From Lama glama (lineage: Eukaryota), in contig CM052816.1 of NCBI GenBank assembly GCA_028534125.1, forward strand, positions 68,574,001 through 68,638,000: DNA of 64,000 nucleotides, read 5' to 3'. Shown piece after piece: positions 1 to 13,335 of this stretch. How positions within the stretch are numbered: the stretch's first letter is position 1; every line of letters begins with the position of its first letter. The notes under the pieces were generated by a model. It was not told where the DNA came from and searched no databases. It saw only the letters and a list, made by a program, of their open reading frames with translations. The position numbers and the translations under genes were made by a program.

Positions 1-2018
1 TTTTGGTTTCTCAGATGAAGCTTTAAGCATATGTTTCTAATAATTCAGTTAAAATATGCTGAGCTGTGTATTTTTAAATAGAATCTGTATTGAAAAGATT
101 CCAAAATATTTGTTTGAACAGGCACTCAGCATCTCGATGAAAACTGTTGGAAAAGAAAAATTTTCAGAGTCATTCTGCTCTCTGAGTACCCAAGCCAACT
201 AAACTGGTACAGTTAACACTTCTGTAAGAGGCCAGGAGCCAAGAAATGTAGCACTTCCTGGACTGCTTTTCAACAGGCCTTCAAGCCAACTTAGTGGTTG
301 ATATTAATACCGTTGAGTTTTCAGAGTAATAAGCTACAAGTAGAACAACTTTATCTCTTTCTATCAATATTGTACTTATTAGTCTCTGTTAGTAATCCTT
401 GATTAGTTTAAATATCTGCTTTATATTGGCATTAAAGCTGTGGGTTGTTTTTTTTTTAATTTTACGTGGTATCATTCTTGCAAAACAAGAAGAGAATTGC
501 CCTGTAGAGTGTGACCTCAAACTGTTTCCCAGAAGTAAATATTTTTTACATTACTTTTTAGTACTAGTGAATGTCACAGTAGAGATGTAAGTTACATAGA
601 CTACCTTGATGCTTTGGGAGAAGTGTTAGTTATCTCAGACCATCAAATTTGTAAGTAGGGTTAGTTTATTCAGTCTCTGACCCTTTTGTTTTCATTGTAT
701 TCCCTTGAGATTTATTGACGCCACTGAATTCATTTAGCAGTTATATGCTCAGTATAGATAGTATGTCACATTGATCTCTATGTCCACGTATTTGCTGTAG
801 TAAGTGCTCTTCGATACTTGTGTTGAACTAGAAAGTACCCACCATATTTAGGTATTGTGGTGAAGAGTAAATAATGAAAGAAAGATTAATAGATTCTGAA
901 TGCTAACTAGGACTAGCCTAAATTTAACATCTATACTACCATTTCGCTAATGTCACAGAGTTACTTGGAGAAACAGCAGAAAGTAAAATTCCACTCACTT
1001 GGTTTTTCAAGTGCTTCCCACAAGATTAGATTAATTGTCTCCAAAAATGGTTACCATACTTAAATTTTAAGCTTCTTTCAGAAACATAAATGTAGAGGAT
1101 TTATATGGACTCAATGATAAATCTCCTGGTTTTTTTCCGTTTATTATTTGGATCTATGTGTAATCTGAAATAGCAAATTATACACAGTGTGGGACACAGT
1201 GTCATTTGTGACTTCAAGGGATGTGAGAAATAGCAGAGGAATGCAGTCATTTCATGCACCTCTGCCTCATCTTTCCATTTGAGGTAGTTTATTACTGGAA
1301 AGAAAACAAATGGAAGGAGTTTCAATAAGGAACTGAAGAGGTAAATGACTGCAAATGTGGTAGAAAACCAGAATCTGCAGTTGATTGAGACACAGTTATA
1401 AGGAGGAAGCATACAAATAAATAGTAGCATTTTAGGATATGTTTCTGAAATTTGAGAAAAGTAAAATAAGGCAAAATATCTTTAGTGTCTTGACGTTCCA
1501 TTTGATAGTTCTTTGGATAAGTTTCACAAAAGGTATGGTTGAGATCACTAACCCTTAGTACACGAACCAAGAAATAGGAATTGGCCCATAAAGAAGAAGT
1601 AGAGCCTCTTTAGTAGAGGAACGTTTTTGTCTAATTTCTCTGATTTAGTGCCAGATGCTTTTTGAGAGAATATTCAAAGCTGTGTCTGTCTAAATTTCAT
1701 TGTTGAAAACTGACAGCTGCTGTATTTCTTTTTAATAACTGATTAAAGCTTTTTCTGTTATTATGTCTCCTCTATTGCCAAATTCCTTAAGTTTAAAACA
1801 GTGTTTAAAGTAATAGCATCATGAAACAAAAGCTTTATTCTGTGGATTAGATAATACTTCTTTTGTGACATTTTCTTTTCCCACCAAAAGTGAGAAGTGA
1901 ATGCCTTGCCTTGGTACATCCCATTTCTAATGAAGGACAAGAAGTTATTTTCTTCCATGGCTGACTTCCAGAATTTCTGGCTGAACGTTCTTTGTCAAGC
2001 GTATATTCCCTTCTCTAG

Positions 2019-2151
2019 GCCTTTCCATATAGAGCCCACAAACATCGTCAATGTGAATGATGTCATTCAGAGAGTTAGCGACCATGCCTCTGCCTTGAAC
2101 AAGAGGATTCATTACTACAGCCGGCTCACTGCTCCTGCAGACAAGGCACTG
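2019..2151 (+). CDS. SLC38A9: SLC38A9 coding exon, cytosolic N-terminal Rag/Ragulator-binding region (R)PFHIEPT...[15 protein letters not shown]
   Basis: ttctctag|G CCT TTC ... GCA CTG|gtaagg; 133 nt. Confidence 0.97.
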
Positions 2152-2537
2152 GTAAGGGGCAAAGCATTGCTAATTGTCTAAGGTTAAGTTGAAACTAACA
2201 ATGAACAACATAAGCCAGGGCAACTCCCAGCGGTTGAACTCTTTGCTGGCCATATTCCAAGGACAGCATCATGGAAAGTCAAAGACATTAATTAGTACAT
2301 GTTCTACATCTTAGGCTAGTTCATTCCTATTAGCCTGGCATAGAGAGATTTGAAACAATCTATGTTGAAACAGCCTAGAGATTTCTTGGATTAAATTCTT
2401 CTAATCCACAATCCTAAAGAATTATTGAAGTAGTTTAGGTTGTTGATTAATAACAGATTCTACTTAGTCCATTCAACTTTTAATTTTGAAGCTACAAGGG
2501 AAAAATGTTTTTAGAAATTTTCTACAGGAGTGGGAAA

Positions 2538-2540
<3 letters not shown>

Positions 2541-2579
<39 letters not shown>
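2541..2579. repeat. (AT)n microsatellite
   Basis: About 19 perfect AT units. Confidence 0.98.
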
Positions 2580-2583
<4 letters not shown>

Positions 2584-2634
2584 CATATATAATATTTCCT
2601 TATTTAGCAGTGACATTTTATAGATCAAAAATAA

Positions 2635-2805
2635 GAGTCAAAGGGCAGATAGTAAACATTTTAGGTTTTGTGGGCCACATACTATCATATATTCTTTTCC
2701 ACTTTTGTTTTATAATCATTAAAAATATAAAAACCATCCTTAGCAAAAGAGTTGTGAAAAATCAGATTGAAGGTCCGATTTGGCTTATCAGCCATAGTTT
2801 TTTCA
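2635..2805. mobile_element. MER58-like hAT-Charlie MITE remnant
   Basis: aaagggcagatagtaaacattttaggttttgtgggccaca ... gatttggc...gccatagttt resembles the MER58 consensus. Confidence 0.55.
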
Positions 2806-3689
2806 CTCTTAATCTTACAAAATCTGTATTATTATCTTAAGATCAAAAATATGTAAGTAATTTTGTTACTTATGAGAATTACCATGTATGAGAAATTCAG
2901 AAATTTGAAAGTTTAAAGAAAAATGAAACATTCTGGGAGAAAAAATAATGATTTTTTTAATAGGTAATAGTAAAAAGGGAGAAGGGACTCAATATCCTTT
3001 AGATATTTACTGAGGGGCAAGGACTGGGTTAGTCACTTGAACACAGATGAGTCATTTTATGCCCTGTGAGTGATTAAAATCTCCTTTTGTGTAGTCAAAA
3101 TAGGGACTTCCAAAATATTCTGGGTGGGATAATTGTTTTTCCCCAATTTTTTCACTTTTTCCTCTCCTACGTCTTTACATCAGTAGTTGTGGTAAAGTCT
3201 TGGTTCCATAACAGAATTACCTAAGCCCCTGGGGAGTGGAAGTAATCCAGTATCTCCAGGTCTAGTTCAGACATCCTACAGGCTGTACTTGCAGAAACAA
3301 ACTTTGGAGATACCCAGCGGGCCAGTCTAGGCCTGAGTGTATGTTGTTTGCCTGGAAATTGAGTCAGCATTCTATACTTTTGTTAACTGCCAGTGAGATG
3401 ACTCTAATTAAACAAAATATATAAACAGTGATCTACGATTAACAAGGTGATATGACCATTTTTAATGAATCTGTGTATATATCCACACTCATTTTCTGAG
3501 AATCTCAGAATTATTTTTCGTAAAAGATTTTTAAGGGAAGAACAATATGAACCATGTATCAGGTCTTTGCAGAGTTATACCTTTTTATTTCTGAAAATTT
3601 CCCTTTTTACCTTAATCTTTTAATTCTAAATTGAAGAAGTACAGTATGTTATTTGGCTGTTGACATCTCTTAGATTCTTACCAGTAAAA

Positions 3690-3832
3690 AGCATGGCCTG
3701 CCCAGCAGCATCAGCATCACTGAGAGCATGTTAGAAATGCAGAACCTTATGCCAGACCTACTGAATCAAAATCTGTATTTTGGCACATTCTCTGTATGAA
3801 ATCACAAGAACATTCAAGTTTGAAAAGCACTG
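3690..3832. mobile_element. MER5A hAT-Charlie MITE remnant
   Basis: cagcagcatcagcatcac...gttagaaatgcaga...cctactgaatcaaaatctg...agtttgaaaagcactg. Confidence 0.75.
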
Positions 3833-4694
3833 TCCCAGGCCACTGACAGACTGTAGGATCCAATCCTCCAATTTTTCTGTATCTCCTAAGAATTTATCCT
3901 CCAGCCTCTAATCCTATTCCCTGTAATTTTCAATTTTCACTCTTCCTGAACTTGCTTTGTTAGATGTCATGATTTATCTCCTGCCTGATGCAGATATGGT
4001 CTGGTCCCTTTTTAGTTTTTTACTCCATGGTAGAAGACAGCAGAACTCAGACCCATGAGGGTTGGGGGTAAAAAGAAGATAGCAGTTCTCTTTCCATGTA
4101 TGCTTTTGTATCCCTAGGAAATAGTTGTTTCCAAAGCCACACCAGTCATAGTATTCAAGACATTCTTTGCCTACAAGACAGCACCAGTCATATACATGAA
4201 GAGAGAAGGATTTGGCACTTTTTCTTTTTGCACGAGTTTATATCCAGTCTATGTACTGAGGCCGAATGTTCCATCACTTCCTTGAATTTTTTCCCAACTC
4301 TTCCCCTCACTTAAGGCCCAACTCTCCTTCATCTAGAATTGCTTAATTTCAGTCTTTCTGGCTCTTCTTTCTTCTAGCTCATGAATGAAAAAAAAAGAAT
4401 TTTGACATTTGCACATTCTGAGAATTCATTCTCATTTCAGATGAACAATTTTTTATTGATATTCTTTAAACTCTTTCTCCTTTAGATCTTCTAATTTTAG
4501 ATCTGCTATATTTGAAAAATAATTTTCATGTTCATTAATCAGGAATACAAGTTTATTTGTTGTATAATACAAAATGTATTTGTTCATGATATTTGGAAAT
4601 GTGTTTAGAGTCAGATACTTTGATGTATTGAAAATATCCTGTTTTGAACATTTACTGGTTCTAACATTTCTCTACTTTTTCTCTTTTTCACCAG

Positions 4695-4816
4695 ATTGCC
4701 CCAGATCATGTAGTTCCAGCTCCAGAAGAATGTTATGTGTATAGTCCTTTAGGTTCTGCTTATAAACTTCAAAGTTACACTGAAGGACATGGTAAAAACA
4801 CCAGTTTAGTAACCAT
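4695..4816 (+). CDS. SLC38A9: SLC38A9 coding exon [40 protein letters not shown](I)
   Basis: tcaccag|ATT GCC ... ACC AT|gtgagt; 122 nt. Confidence 0.97.
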
Positions 4817-4951
4817 GTGAGTAAAACTACTTTTTGGAGCATAACTTAAACTTTATGTAAGTGAAAATTATTAATTATTTAAATTTTTGCCTTAAAAAAT
4901 GTTTGAAAAGTGAAACTTCATATTTTTACTCCTATTACTCTGTGTTTTCAG

Positions 4952-5015
4952 TTTTATGATTTGGAATACCATGATGGGAACATCTATACTAAGTATTCCT
5001 TGGGGCATAAAACAG
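4952..5015 (+). CDS. SLC38A9: SLC38A9 coding exon [21 protein letters not shown] (TM1, substrate-binding NTMMGTS motif)
   Basis: ttttcag|T TTT ATG ... AAA CAG|gtaatg; 64 nt. Confidence 0.97.
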
Positions 5016-5252
5016 GTAATGTAATTTTCAGCACAATTTTTGACAGAATTTTTTTCTCTTTGTATTATAAGTTTTACAGTAGAGGTTTTAATAAATCTGT
5101 ATAAAATTTATTAAAGAAAATATATGATTATATTTAATTTTACATTAGTTGTCAGAGTTTTGCCATAATTGTTTAGGGTAACGTATTATGATCCATATGA
5201 ATTTATTCTAACATGACAATATATGTTGTTCTGTATTTTTATTTTTAAACAG

Positions 5253-5346
5253 GCTGGGTTTACTACTGGAATATGTGTCATCATGCTGATGGGCCTTTTA
5301 ACACTTTATTGCTGCTACAGAGTAGTGAAATCACGAGCTATGATAT
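5253..5346 (+). CDS. SLC38A9: SLC38A9 coding exon [31 protein letters not shown]
   Basis: taaacag|GCT GGG ... ATA T|gtaaga; 94 nt. Confidence 0.97.
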
Positions 5347-6685
5347 GTAAGAATTTGCCACAGTAAAAATACATTAGTGATATGGGTATTAATATATAAT
5401 ATGTTTATGTAGAATTTCCTGTTGCAGTAGATCACTAATGTGTACATTTACAAGTGTGTTAACTATCTATTTTGTGCCTAAAGATTTACTTCTCTAATTT
5501 ATAGCAGTTGGTTGAACTGATCTGTTAATAAATTTAGTTAGTGGTTGCTTTTGAAATTCTGAGAGGCTAGAAGTTCTCTGCAGAATGCATTCACTTTAGT
5601 GCTAATTTCCTCTTAAGGGTAATTTTAAAACTCATATTTTAAAAATAAGATCTTTGCCAGAACTAAATTGATAATTCTATGATTCTTACCGGTTAGTGAT
5701 AACTTGTTCTGTCCTATCCTGCCCAAAAGATCTAAATGTTGGAATCTCCTGAAAGTAGAAATTGTAAATACGAAAATGTGAGCAATATGTCCTTTGTCAT
5801 GAACTCTCAGAGTTGTACTGACACATTTCTTCCACTCACCTCTATAAATTTTGGATCATTTTAGATTCTTTTAAAGTGGTTTACGACCTAAATAGACATA
5901 CATTATTTCATTGAATCTTAGCAAGTATGAATCAACAGACCAAGCTTTGCCTCCAATTTTCTTCTGCCTCTACTAAGAAATGGTATATTTTCTCTTAATT
6001 GTACTATTTATTCATGTCCCTTTCCCATTATCCACAAGTCCCTTGGTGCTCTTACAGATCTGCTAAATTCTATATATGATATAGGCAGTTAGCCCTTACT
6101 TTATTATTTCTTGTCAATTTCTTTCCCATTCAATGTTTGAATGAATTTTACATCATGTTAGTTTGTTTGTATCTGCCTATATTTTCCATTGTAATTTCAG
6201 TTTATTATAAAGGATAACCTTTCAGGTTCTGTTTTTACATTGTCTTCCAAATTTTCTGTTATTTAACTTTTAAATTCTTGACTCATTTGAAATTTAAATT
6301 GGCATTTCATATGAAGTATGACTCAAGAAAATTTCCTTCATATTGTTATAAGTACAATAAATATTATTGGATAATGTCTTCTGTCCCTTACTTATGATTT
6401 TGTCTAGCCTTGGTAATCACTTGTTTTTATTAATTACAAAATTTTTTGATACTACAAATCTACTTCTCATATTATCTCTACTATTGCATTGACCTACATT
6501 TTTTTAAAGTATTTGTTCTATAATGTTTTAATTACTGTTATTTCATAATATGGTCTAATATTTGGTAGTGGGATACCCATAATCTTTTGATAAATATTTT
6601 GAGTTAATTTGGAGAACACAAATTATGAATATGGAATATATGATTAGCATCTAATTTTATTCTTTCTCTTTCAATTTTCATCCAG

Positions 6686-6856
6686 CATCAGTGGATACCA
6701 CTACATGGGAATATCCAGATGTCTGCAGATACTATTTTGGCTCCTTTGGGCAGTGGTCAAGTCTCCTTTTCTCCTTGGTATCTCTTATTGGAGCAATGAT
6801 AGTTTATTGGGTTCTTATGTCTAATTTTCTTTTTAATACTGGAAAATTTATTTTTA
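6686..6856 (+). CDS. SLC38A9: SLC38A9 coding exon (S)[18 protein letters not shown]...NTGKFIF
   Basis: catccag|CA TCA GTG ... TTT A|gtaagt; 171 nt; overlaps ORF 6691..6924. Confidence 0.96.
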
Positions 6857-7574
6857 GTAAGTATCCATCATATACTTTAATACAGTTACTTTCAGATACA
6901 ATAATGTTTTGGTTTCAGCCTTAAATCCTGGATTTGGGATTAATAAAGTAGAAAGTAATATTTGCAATTCTGGAAGATGTACTTGATTCAGTTTGTTTTC
7001 TATGATTATGATCTCAAATATAATGTGTATGTTCATTTCCAAAAATTAATTGTTTTAAGCATTTATTTCAGTCTTTACCACAAAATGTTAGTCTAACGGA
7101 AACACTTAGGAAGTTCATTGTTATTTGTTGCTAAAGAATTTGATCTGTAGAATCTCAAGGAAACAAATTTCAGTCACTTATTTTCAAAATATTAAGATCT
7201 AAAATTAGGAAACAATAGAATAATAGAATTTACATGGTAAATATATTCCTTACATACCACAGAATTGTTCTTTGCCCAAATCAGCTACTTGAATTGTAAA
7301 AGGAGTCAGAAAGTTCTTAGAAATTCATACCAAATACTTTTTATAATATTTTAAAATTGGATAAAGTTTATTTTATATTAAATTAAGAGTCCAAATTTTT
7401 TTCCCCACTCATAGGCTTAAAGTTTAATATATGTTTAGCTGGGTTTAAATAAGCCCTGTATATTTAAAAATCTAGATTTACGTGAAAACCAAATTTCAAA
7501 ATAAATTCTAACATAATTACAATAGCTAATTTCCGTAAGAGCTTTTGAGAGGCAGATGAGTGAGGGGAATAAAT

Positions 7575-10300
7575 TCTATTTTTATTGTATGAAAGATTTT
7601 GAAATATTTCAATCTACCAAAAAAATGCAGAGGCTAATATAAATACAAGTGTACCCACTAATGAGTTTTCACGTCTTAACATTTTGCCAAATTTACATTA
7701 GTTCTTTATTCTTATAGGCATAATTGAAGCCTCAGTTGTACTCCTCTATTTCATTTTCCTTCTTCCCTAAATTTGATACAAAATATGGTACATACATGGC
7801 TTTTGTTCTCTTACTGTATAAACATGTAAGCAACATATAGTATTTATTTTGCATATTTTTAATCTGTATAAATCCTTTTGCAACTTGCTTTTTTTCTGTC
7901 ATCTTCTTTAATAATACATTGTTCTCGTTCATTTTAACTGCTTTATTCCATAATATAAATGTGCCATGACTTTGTCCATTCTCTTGCTGATACTTGTTTT
8001 CAGTTACTTTGCTGTTCAAACGAGACTTTGTTAAACATCATTGTTTGTCTCCTTGGGTTCATGTGGGAGAGTTTCTTCAAACTGTGTACCTATAATACAA
8101 ATTTCTGAAACAGAATATTCGCATTTTCAACTTTACTAGAAATTACCAAATTGTTCTTTATGATTCTTATACTAGTTACACTCCTGCCAACAGTTTATGA
8201 AAATTCCCTTTTTCCACATCCTCATCCACACTTGGTATTATCAAACTTAAATTTTACCTATTGGGATATGGTTTTTGCATTTCATGAAGTGACATTAGAC
8301 ATCTTTTCTTAGTTATATTTGAACATTAGATAGCCTTTTCATATCCTTTACCCATTTTCAAACTATTGGATTGTTGGTCTTTTTCTTATTTATTTATTGG
8401 AGCTCTTTGTAAAGTTTGGATACTAATATTTTATTTATTTTTACATGCAAATATCTTCTAGTTAGTAGCTTTACTTTGTATGTGGTAGCTCTGTTGTTCA
8501 GAAGTCTTTTTTTTTTTACTTTCCAATTGCTCATTCTTTTCCATTATAATTTATAACTCTTCCATATATATTTTAGAGTCAACTTGTCAAATTCCACAGA
8601 AAAATGCCAATCAGAATTTGACTGAAATTATATTGAATTTATCAATCAGTGTACCATAATGTATTAAACACTACCATATTTGATGTCATTAGGATACTGA
8701 GTTTAGGGTTTGATTGGAATTGCTTTGGACTTATGAGTGTGGAGAAAATAATATCATTAGGATACTGAGTCTTACTATCCATGGCATGGAATAGTTTTCC
8801 ATTTATTTCCGTCTTTTAAAATATCTTTTAAATTTTTATCAATAAAGTTCTTACATATCTTCTTTTTAGAGTTATTTTATTCTCAGTACCTTAATTTTTT
8901 TCTTTTTGGTAAAGCAGTTTTAGTTTAATATACAAGCACACTTACTTTTTATTATAGAAAATTTCAAACATGTACAAATAAACAGGACAGTATAAGAAAT
9001 CCTCACGTTCTTCTCACCGATTTTCAACCATTATCAGCATTCTCCCATTCTTGAATCAGATGATACCAGTGTTTCTCAAATACCAGTGTTTTTTCAGTAT
9101 TGCCTTAAGAAGGCTGTTTTAGACATTTTTATTTCCTAATTGCCTTCCCATGAAATTTTAATATCACAGATATATTGTATATGCATTTATAAACTATATA
9201 TGTGTCTGTGTTTTATATGTAAAAAGAGTAAGTTTTTTTTTCATCCCTTATGAGTGAATTTTCCCCCTTAAGTAATATGGTATCCATTGAGAAAACATGA
9301 TTTATGTACCCACTCCCCACCCCAATTAATATGGTTATTATATATAATAATATATAGATTATATTATTATACAATAATAAATACAGTTCTCTTTTTTAGA
9401 TTGAATTTATATTCATTGAAGTACACAAATCCTGGCCATACAATTTTGACAGATGGATACATCCATGTAACCCACACCCCACCCACTTCGTGAAACATTT
9501 CCATCTTCCCAGAAAGTAGTGATGCATTTTTTAATTATAAAAAATTCAGATTATTTGTTGCTGTTATAAAGAAACCTAATTCATTTTTTAACATCTTTAT
9601 CTTGAATCTAGGAAACATGTTGAACTCTCATTGATTATAATTATGTAGATTCACTTTGAATTTTCTATGTAGATAGTTATGTCATCCATGAATAATGAAA
9701 ATTTCTTTTTATCTAGTTACTATTTTTAAATGATTCACATGTATATACACACATATTTAGTATATACATACACACATATTTATACAGACACATACACCAT
9801 ATATATATGTTTATATATGCACATATACATATTTATCTTTTTTAAACTGAAGTTGTATAGATACAGTGCTGAAAGACATCCTTACATTGTTTCTGAGGAA
9901 ATCTAATGTTTTACCATTAAATTTTATGTTAGTTGTGGGATATTGGTTGTATCCTTTAATAATTTTAAGATGTTCCAGCCTGTTGTTTTCTAAAGAATTT
10001 TTATTAATGTATGCTGGATTTTATCAAATATTTAATCTACATCTCTTGAAATGATTGTAAAGCTTTTCTCCTTTAAATTGTTAATATGGTGAATTAAATG
10101 AATACATTTTGTAGTGTTTAAATCATTCTTATATTCTGGGATAAACTTAATTTATAAGTCATGATGCATATTTTAAAATTTCTTCCTGGATTCAGTTTAC
10201 TCTGTGGGTGAGTGGGGCTCATATTTTATTTAGAACTTTTGTGTCTTTTCATAAGAGATACTGACCTAGAATTTTTCTTTTCCTACTGTCCTTGTTGAGC
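7575..10300 (-). mobile_element. Cluster of old L1 (L1M/L1ME-type) fragments
   Basis: Decayed antisense L1 3'/ORF2 sequence, e.g. tttccacatcctcatccacacttggtattatcaaac and tattctgggataaac...ggattcagttt; boundaries approximate. Confidence 0.65.
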
Positions 10301-10305
10301 CTTGG

Positions 10306-10710
10306 TGTATTAGGGCTGCTGTAACAAATTACCGTAAACTGTTTGGCTTAAAACAAGAGAAATTTTTTTTCCCACAGTCCTGGAAACTGGAAGTCCAAAA
10401 TCAAAGTGTCTGTGGAGCTCACTGCTCCCTCTGAAGCCTTTAGGGAAGAAACCTTCCTTGCCTCTTCCTAGTTTCTGGTGGCTGGCAATCTTTGGCATTC
10501 CTTGACTTGTAACTGTGTGTGTCTTCACTGGCCATCTCCTCTCAGTGTCTTTTTTTCCTGTTCTTATTAAGGACACCATTCACTGAATTCAGGGCCTACC
10601 CTAATCCAGTATAATCTAATCTTAACTGATTATATTTGCAAAGACTGTTTCCAAATAAGGCCACATTCTAAGGTTCCTGATGGACATGGATTTGGGGAGA
10701 ACACATTATA
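10306..10710 (-). mobile_element. MLT1 (MLT1C-like) ERVL-MaLR solo LTR inserted in L1
   Basis: tgtattagggctgctgtaacaaattacc...aagtccaaaatcaaagtgtc...ataaggccacattc; 5-bp TSD CTTGG at 10301-10305 and 10711-10715. Confidence 0.85.
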
Positions 10711-11610
10711 CTTGGTGTAAAGGTTTTACTAGCCTTATGTAAGTCTTTGGCATCAGGAATTATATAAAGATTCATAACTTCCAATTTTAAATCACTAATA
10801 ACCCTTGAAGATACTGTAAAAACCTAGAGAACTAGACTACTTCTTTAATTCTATCTTGAGAAACATACAACGGAGGTGAATGATTCATGTATTGAACTTA
10901 CTTTATGACCTTTAAATCTAATCCAACATTTTTTACTATCTTATTTAACTTTTACATCACTGTTATGAATGCTTACTAAGGGTACAAAAGGTTAACATCA
11001 AACAGGATAAAGTAAATTCCCTCAGGCAAGTAAGAAAACATTCTTTACCCATTCTCTTATTCACTGTAGAATATGAATGCTCAGGTATCTGCATATACTT
11101 TTTATTTTGCTATAAGTGTAACTTAGTGGTGCTTGTGAGCAATAATTACTATATAGCCTTCAGTTTATAAAAGCATGGCCTATACTTTGTGAAAACTTTA
11201 AGTATTTTCCAGATAAATTCAACTGGTATAATTGTTGGCTTTCCCCCCTTTACAGACTTTAGAACAGTACTATGTAAGACATTCATATAAATTAGTGTGA
11301 GTATGGGGGGGGGGTTATATACATTATCTTTATCCCAGGGATTTTAACTAAATTCAGCCTTGTAGATATTTTTTATATCTTCAATTGTGTAAAAAATTTT
11401 CACAGTGAGACTGTGACACCAGTAACATCATCCCTTTAAGTCAAAAATCTGCAGAAGGTAAAGCTATGTTAACAATGAAGTAATCTTGGTTCAGTGTACT
11501 AGATAATGTTACCACACATTAGTCTTAAAAGATTTTTATAGATAAAAGACTTTAGAGGATCTTAGCATCTTTCACTCAGTATTAAACTATATGTTCCCCT
11601 TAACTTTTAG

Positions 11611-11670
11611 ATTTTATTCATCACATTAATGACACAGACGCTATACTGAGTACCAATGATAGCAACCCTG
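11611..11670 (+). CDS. SLC38A9: SLC38A9 coding exon (N)FIHHINDTDAILSTNDSNP (luminal glycosylated loop)
   Basis: cttttag|AT TTT ... CCT G|gtaagt; 60 nt. Confidence 0.96.
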
Positions 11671-12585
11671 GTAAGTAGTTTGGAATTGAAAGTTTGGCTT
11701 GTTTCTTTATTCACCATCTTGCTTCAAAGAGAATTTAAGGTAGAATATCATTTTATTTTAGGTAGATAACCAGCACAAAATCATTATCTTTACATTAAGC
11801 CACTAAGTTGTTAGCAGTCAGTATGTAAAAAACAAAACAAAACTCCACAAAAGTTTGTATTAATGTGAGCTAAACAATATTTAGTTCATATTATACAATT
11901 CACAATTATAGCTCACATCTATAGTATCCATATTTGCCTATGAATGATCAGTACATATTTTCAAGGACCTCTATCACTGCTAATTGTTTTGGAAGTCTAG
12001 AAGCATAGTTCTTAGTTTGTTAACTTAGTTTTTGACATTTATTGTTTTAGTTACTAATATTTAAGGTATACAAATCTTTGTCCTAAATTTCCTAATAATG
12101 AACCAAACTTATTAAACATGGAAAAATAAATTGAAAATATGACCCAAAACAGTCTTAATTTCTTAGAAAAGTTTCCTTTAATTAATTTGTTAAAAATAAA
12201 CTTTCGTGCCTATGGGTTTATCCAACATGGCAGTCACAGAAAAAGTGGATGGAAGAGCTAATGTAACCTTAACAGTCATACTGTTAACCTTGAACATCAC
12301 CTAAAGCTTTTATGTATTTATGTTTCAGAGATACTGAATTGATATCATTTTGATGGAGGTACACATTGATCACTAAGGGGACAGTTCATTCAATATGTAT
12401 TTATTAAGCCTATTGTGTGTCACGAACTGTCCTAGGCTCTGGAATACAACAAATAGATAAAGAGTCTCACCTCTCATGAAGCATATATTCCAATATTTGC
12501 TATTCAGTGTCTTACTTTACCTCTTAATTGAACTGATAAACCTGTCATTTGAAAATTAGTGAAGTACTAGCTTTTATTTTTGTGA

Positions 12586-12605
12586 ACACACACACACACA
12601 CACAC
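12586..12605. repeat. (AC)n microsatellite
   Basis: Short perfect AC run. Confidence 0.9.
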
Positions 12606-12888
12606 CTTTGAATAATTATACTAAAATGTTTTATACTTGTCTTAAAAGAAACATTCATTTTACTATTGCTGTTATGATATCAGTTGATGAAACTAGTTTA
12701 TTAATATCTAATGGGATTTCTTCAGTAGAGAGTCAGTTGATTGTTGAGTTCATGAATATCACAGCCACACTGATAACTTGGAGAGCACCATCAGCAAAGT
12801 CAGTTTACTTTGCATAGTGTTATGTTGATACTAGCACTTCTTGATTCTTCTGTTTATTTTGAACAATGGGTTAAATAGAGTATGAAAC

Positions 12889-13102
12889 AGTCCTTCCTTG
12901 TTGTTGTGTTTTGTTTTTTTCTTAGGGTTTGTTAAGATTACTTTTAGCACTAATATTCTATGAAGTGTTCCTTTTTTTTATTGAGTTATAGTCAATTTAC
13001 AATGTTGTGTCAAATTCCAGTGTAGAGCACAATTTTTCAGTTATACATGAACATACATATATTCATTTTCACATTTTTTTCCACTGTGAGTCCTTCCTTG
13101 TT
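12889..13102 (-). mobile_element. 5'-truncated young L1 3' end with TSD and an extra ~50-nt 3' segment
   Basis: 14-bp TSD AGTCCTTCCTTGTT (12889-12902, 13089-13102); L1 3' UTR terminus 12972-13088; two poly(T) tracts. Confidence 0.85.
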
Positions 13103-13119
13103 AATATAAAAAATTACAG

Positions 13120-13335
13120 CTGACATTGATGGGATACTTACTGGGTACAGGCATTGTTCTAAATGTTTTACAGCAGCTCAATATGGTAGATACTGTTCTC
13201 TCCATTATCTAGGTACAGAAACCAAGGCACAGGGAAGTTAGTGACTTACCTAAGGTTACATAAACATTCAGTGAGAGAGCTGAGATTCTTTATTCAGTCA
13301 GTTTACTTCCATAGCCTGTGTCCTTTACCACTGTA
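13120..13335 (-). mobile_element. MIR SINE
   Basis: MIR core: ggtacagaaaccaaggcacagggaagttagtgacttacctaaggttaca. Confidence 0.7.

Noticed and set aside
8686..8770. Repeated TCATTAGGATACTGAGT
   Set aside because: Local duplication inside decayed L1 sequence; no spacer array or other sign of function.
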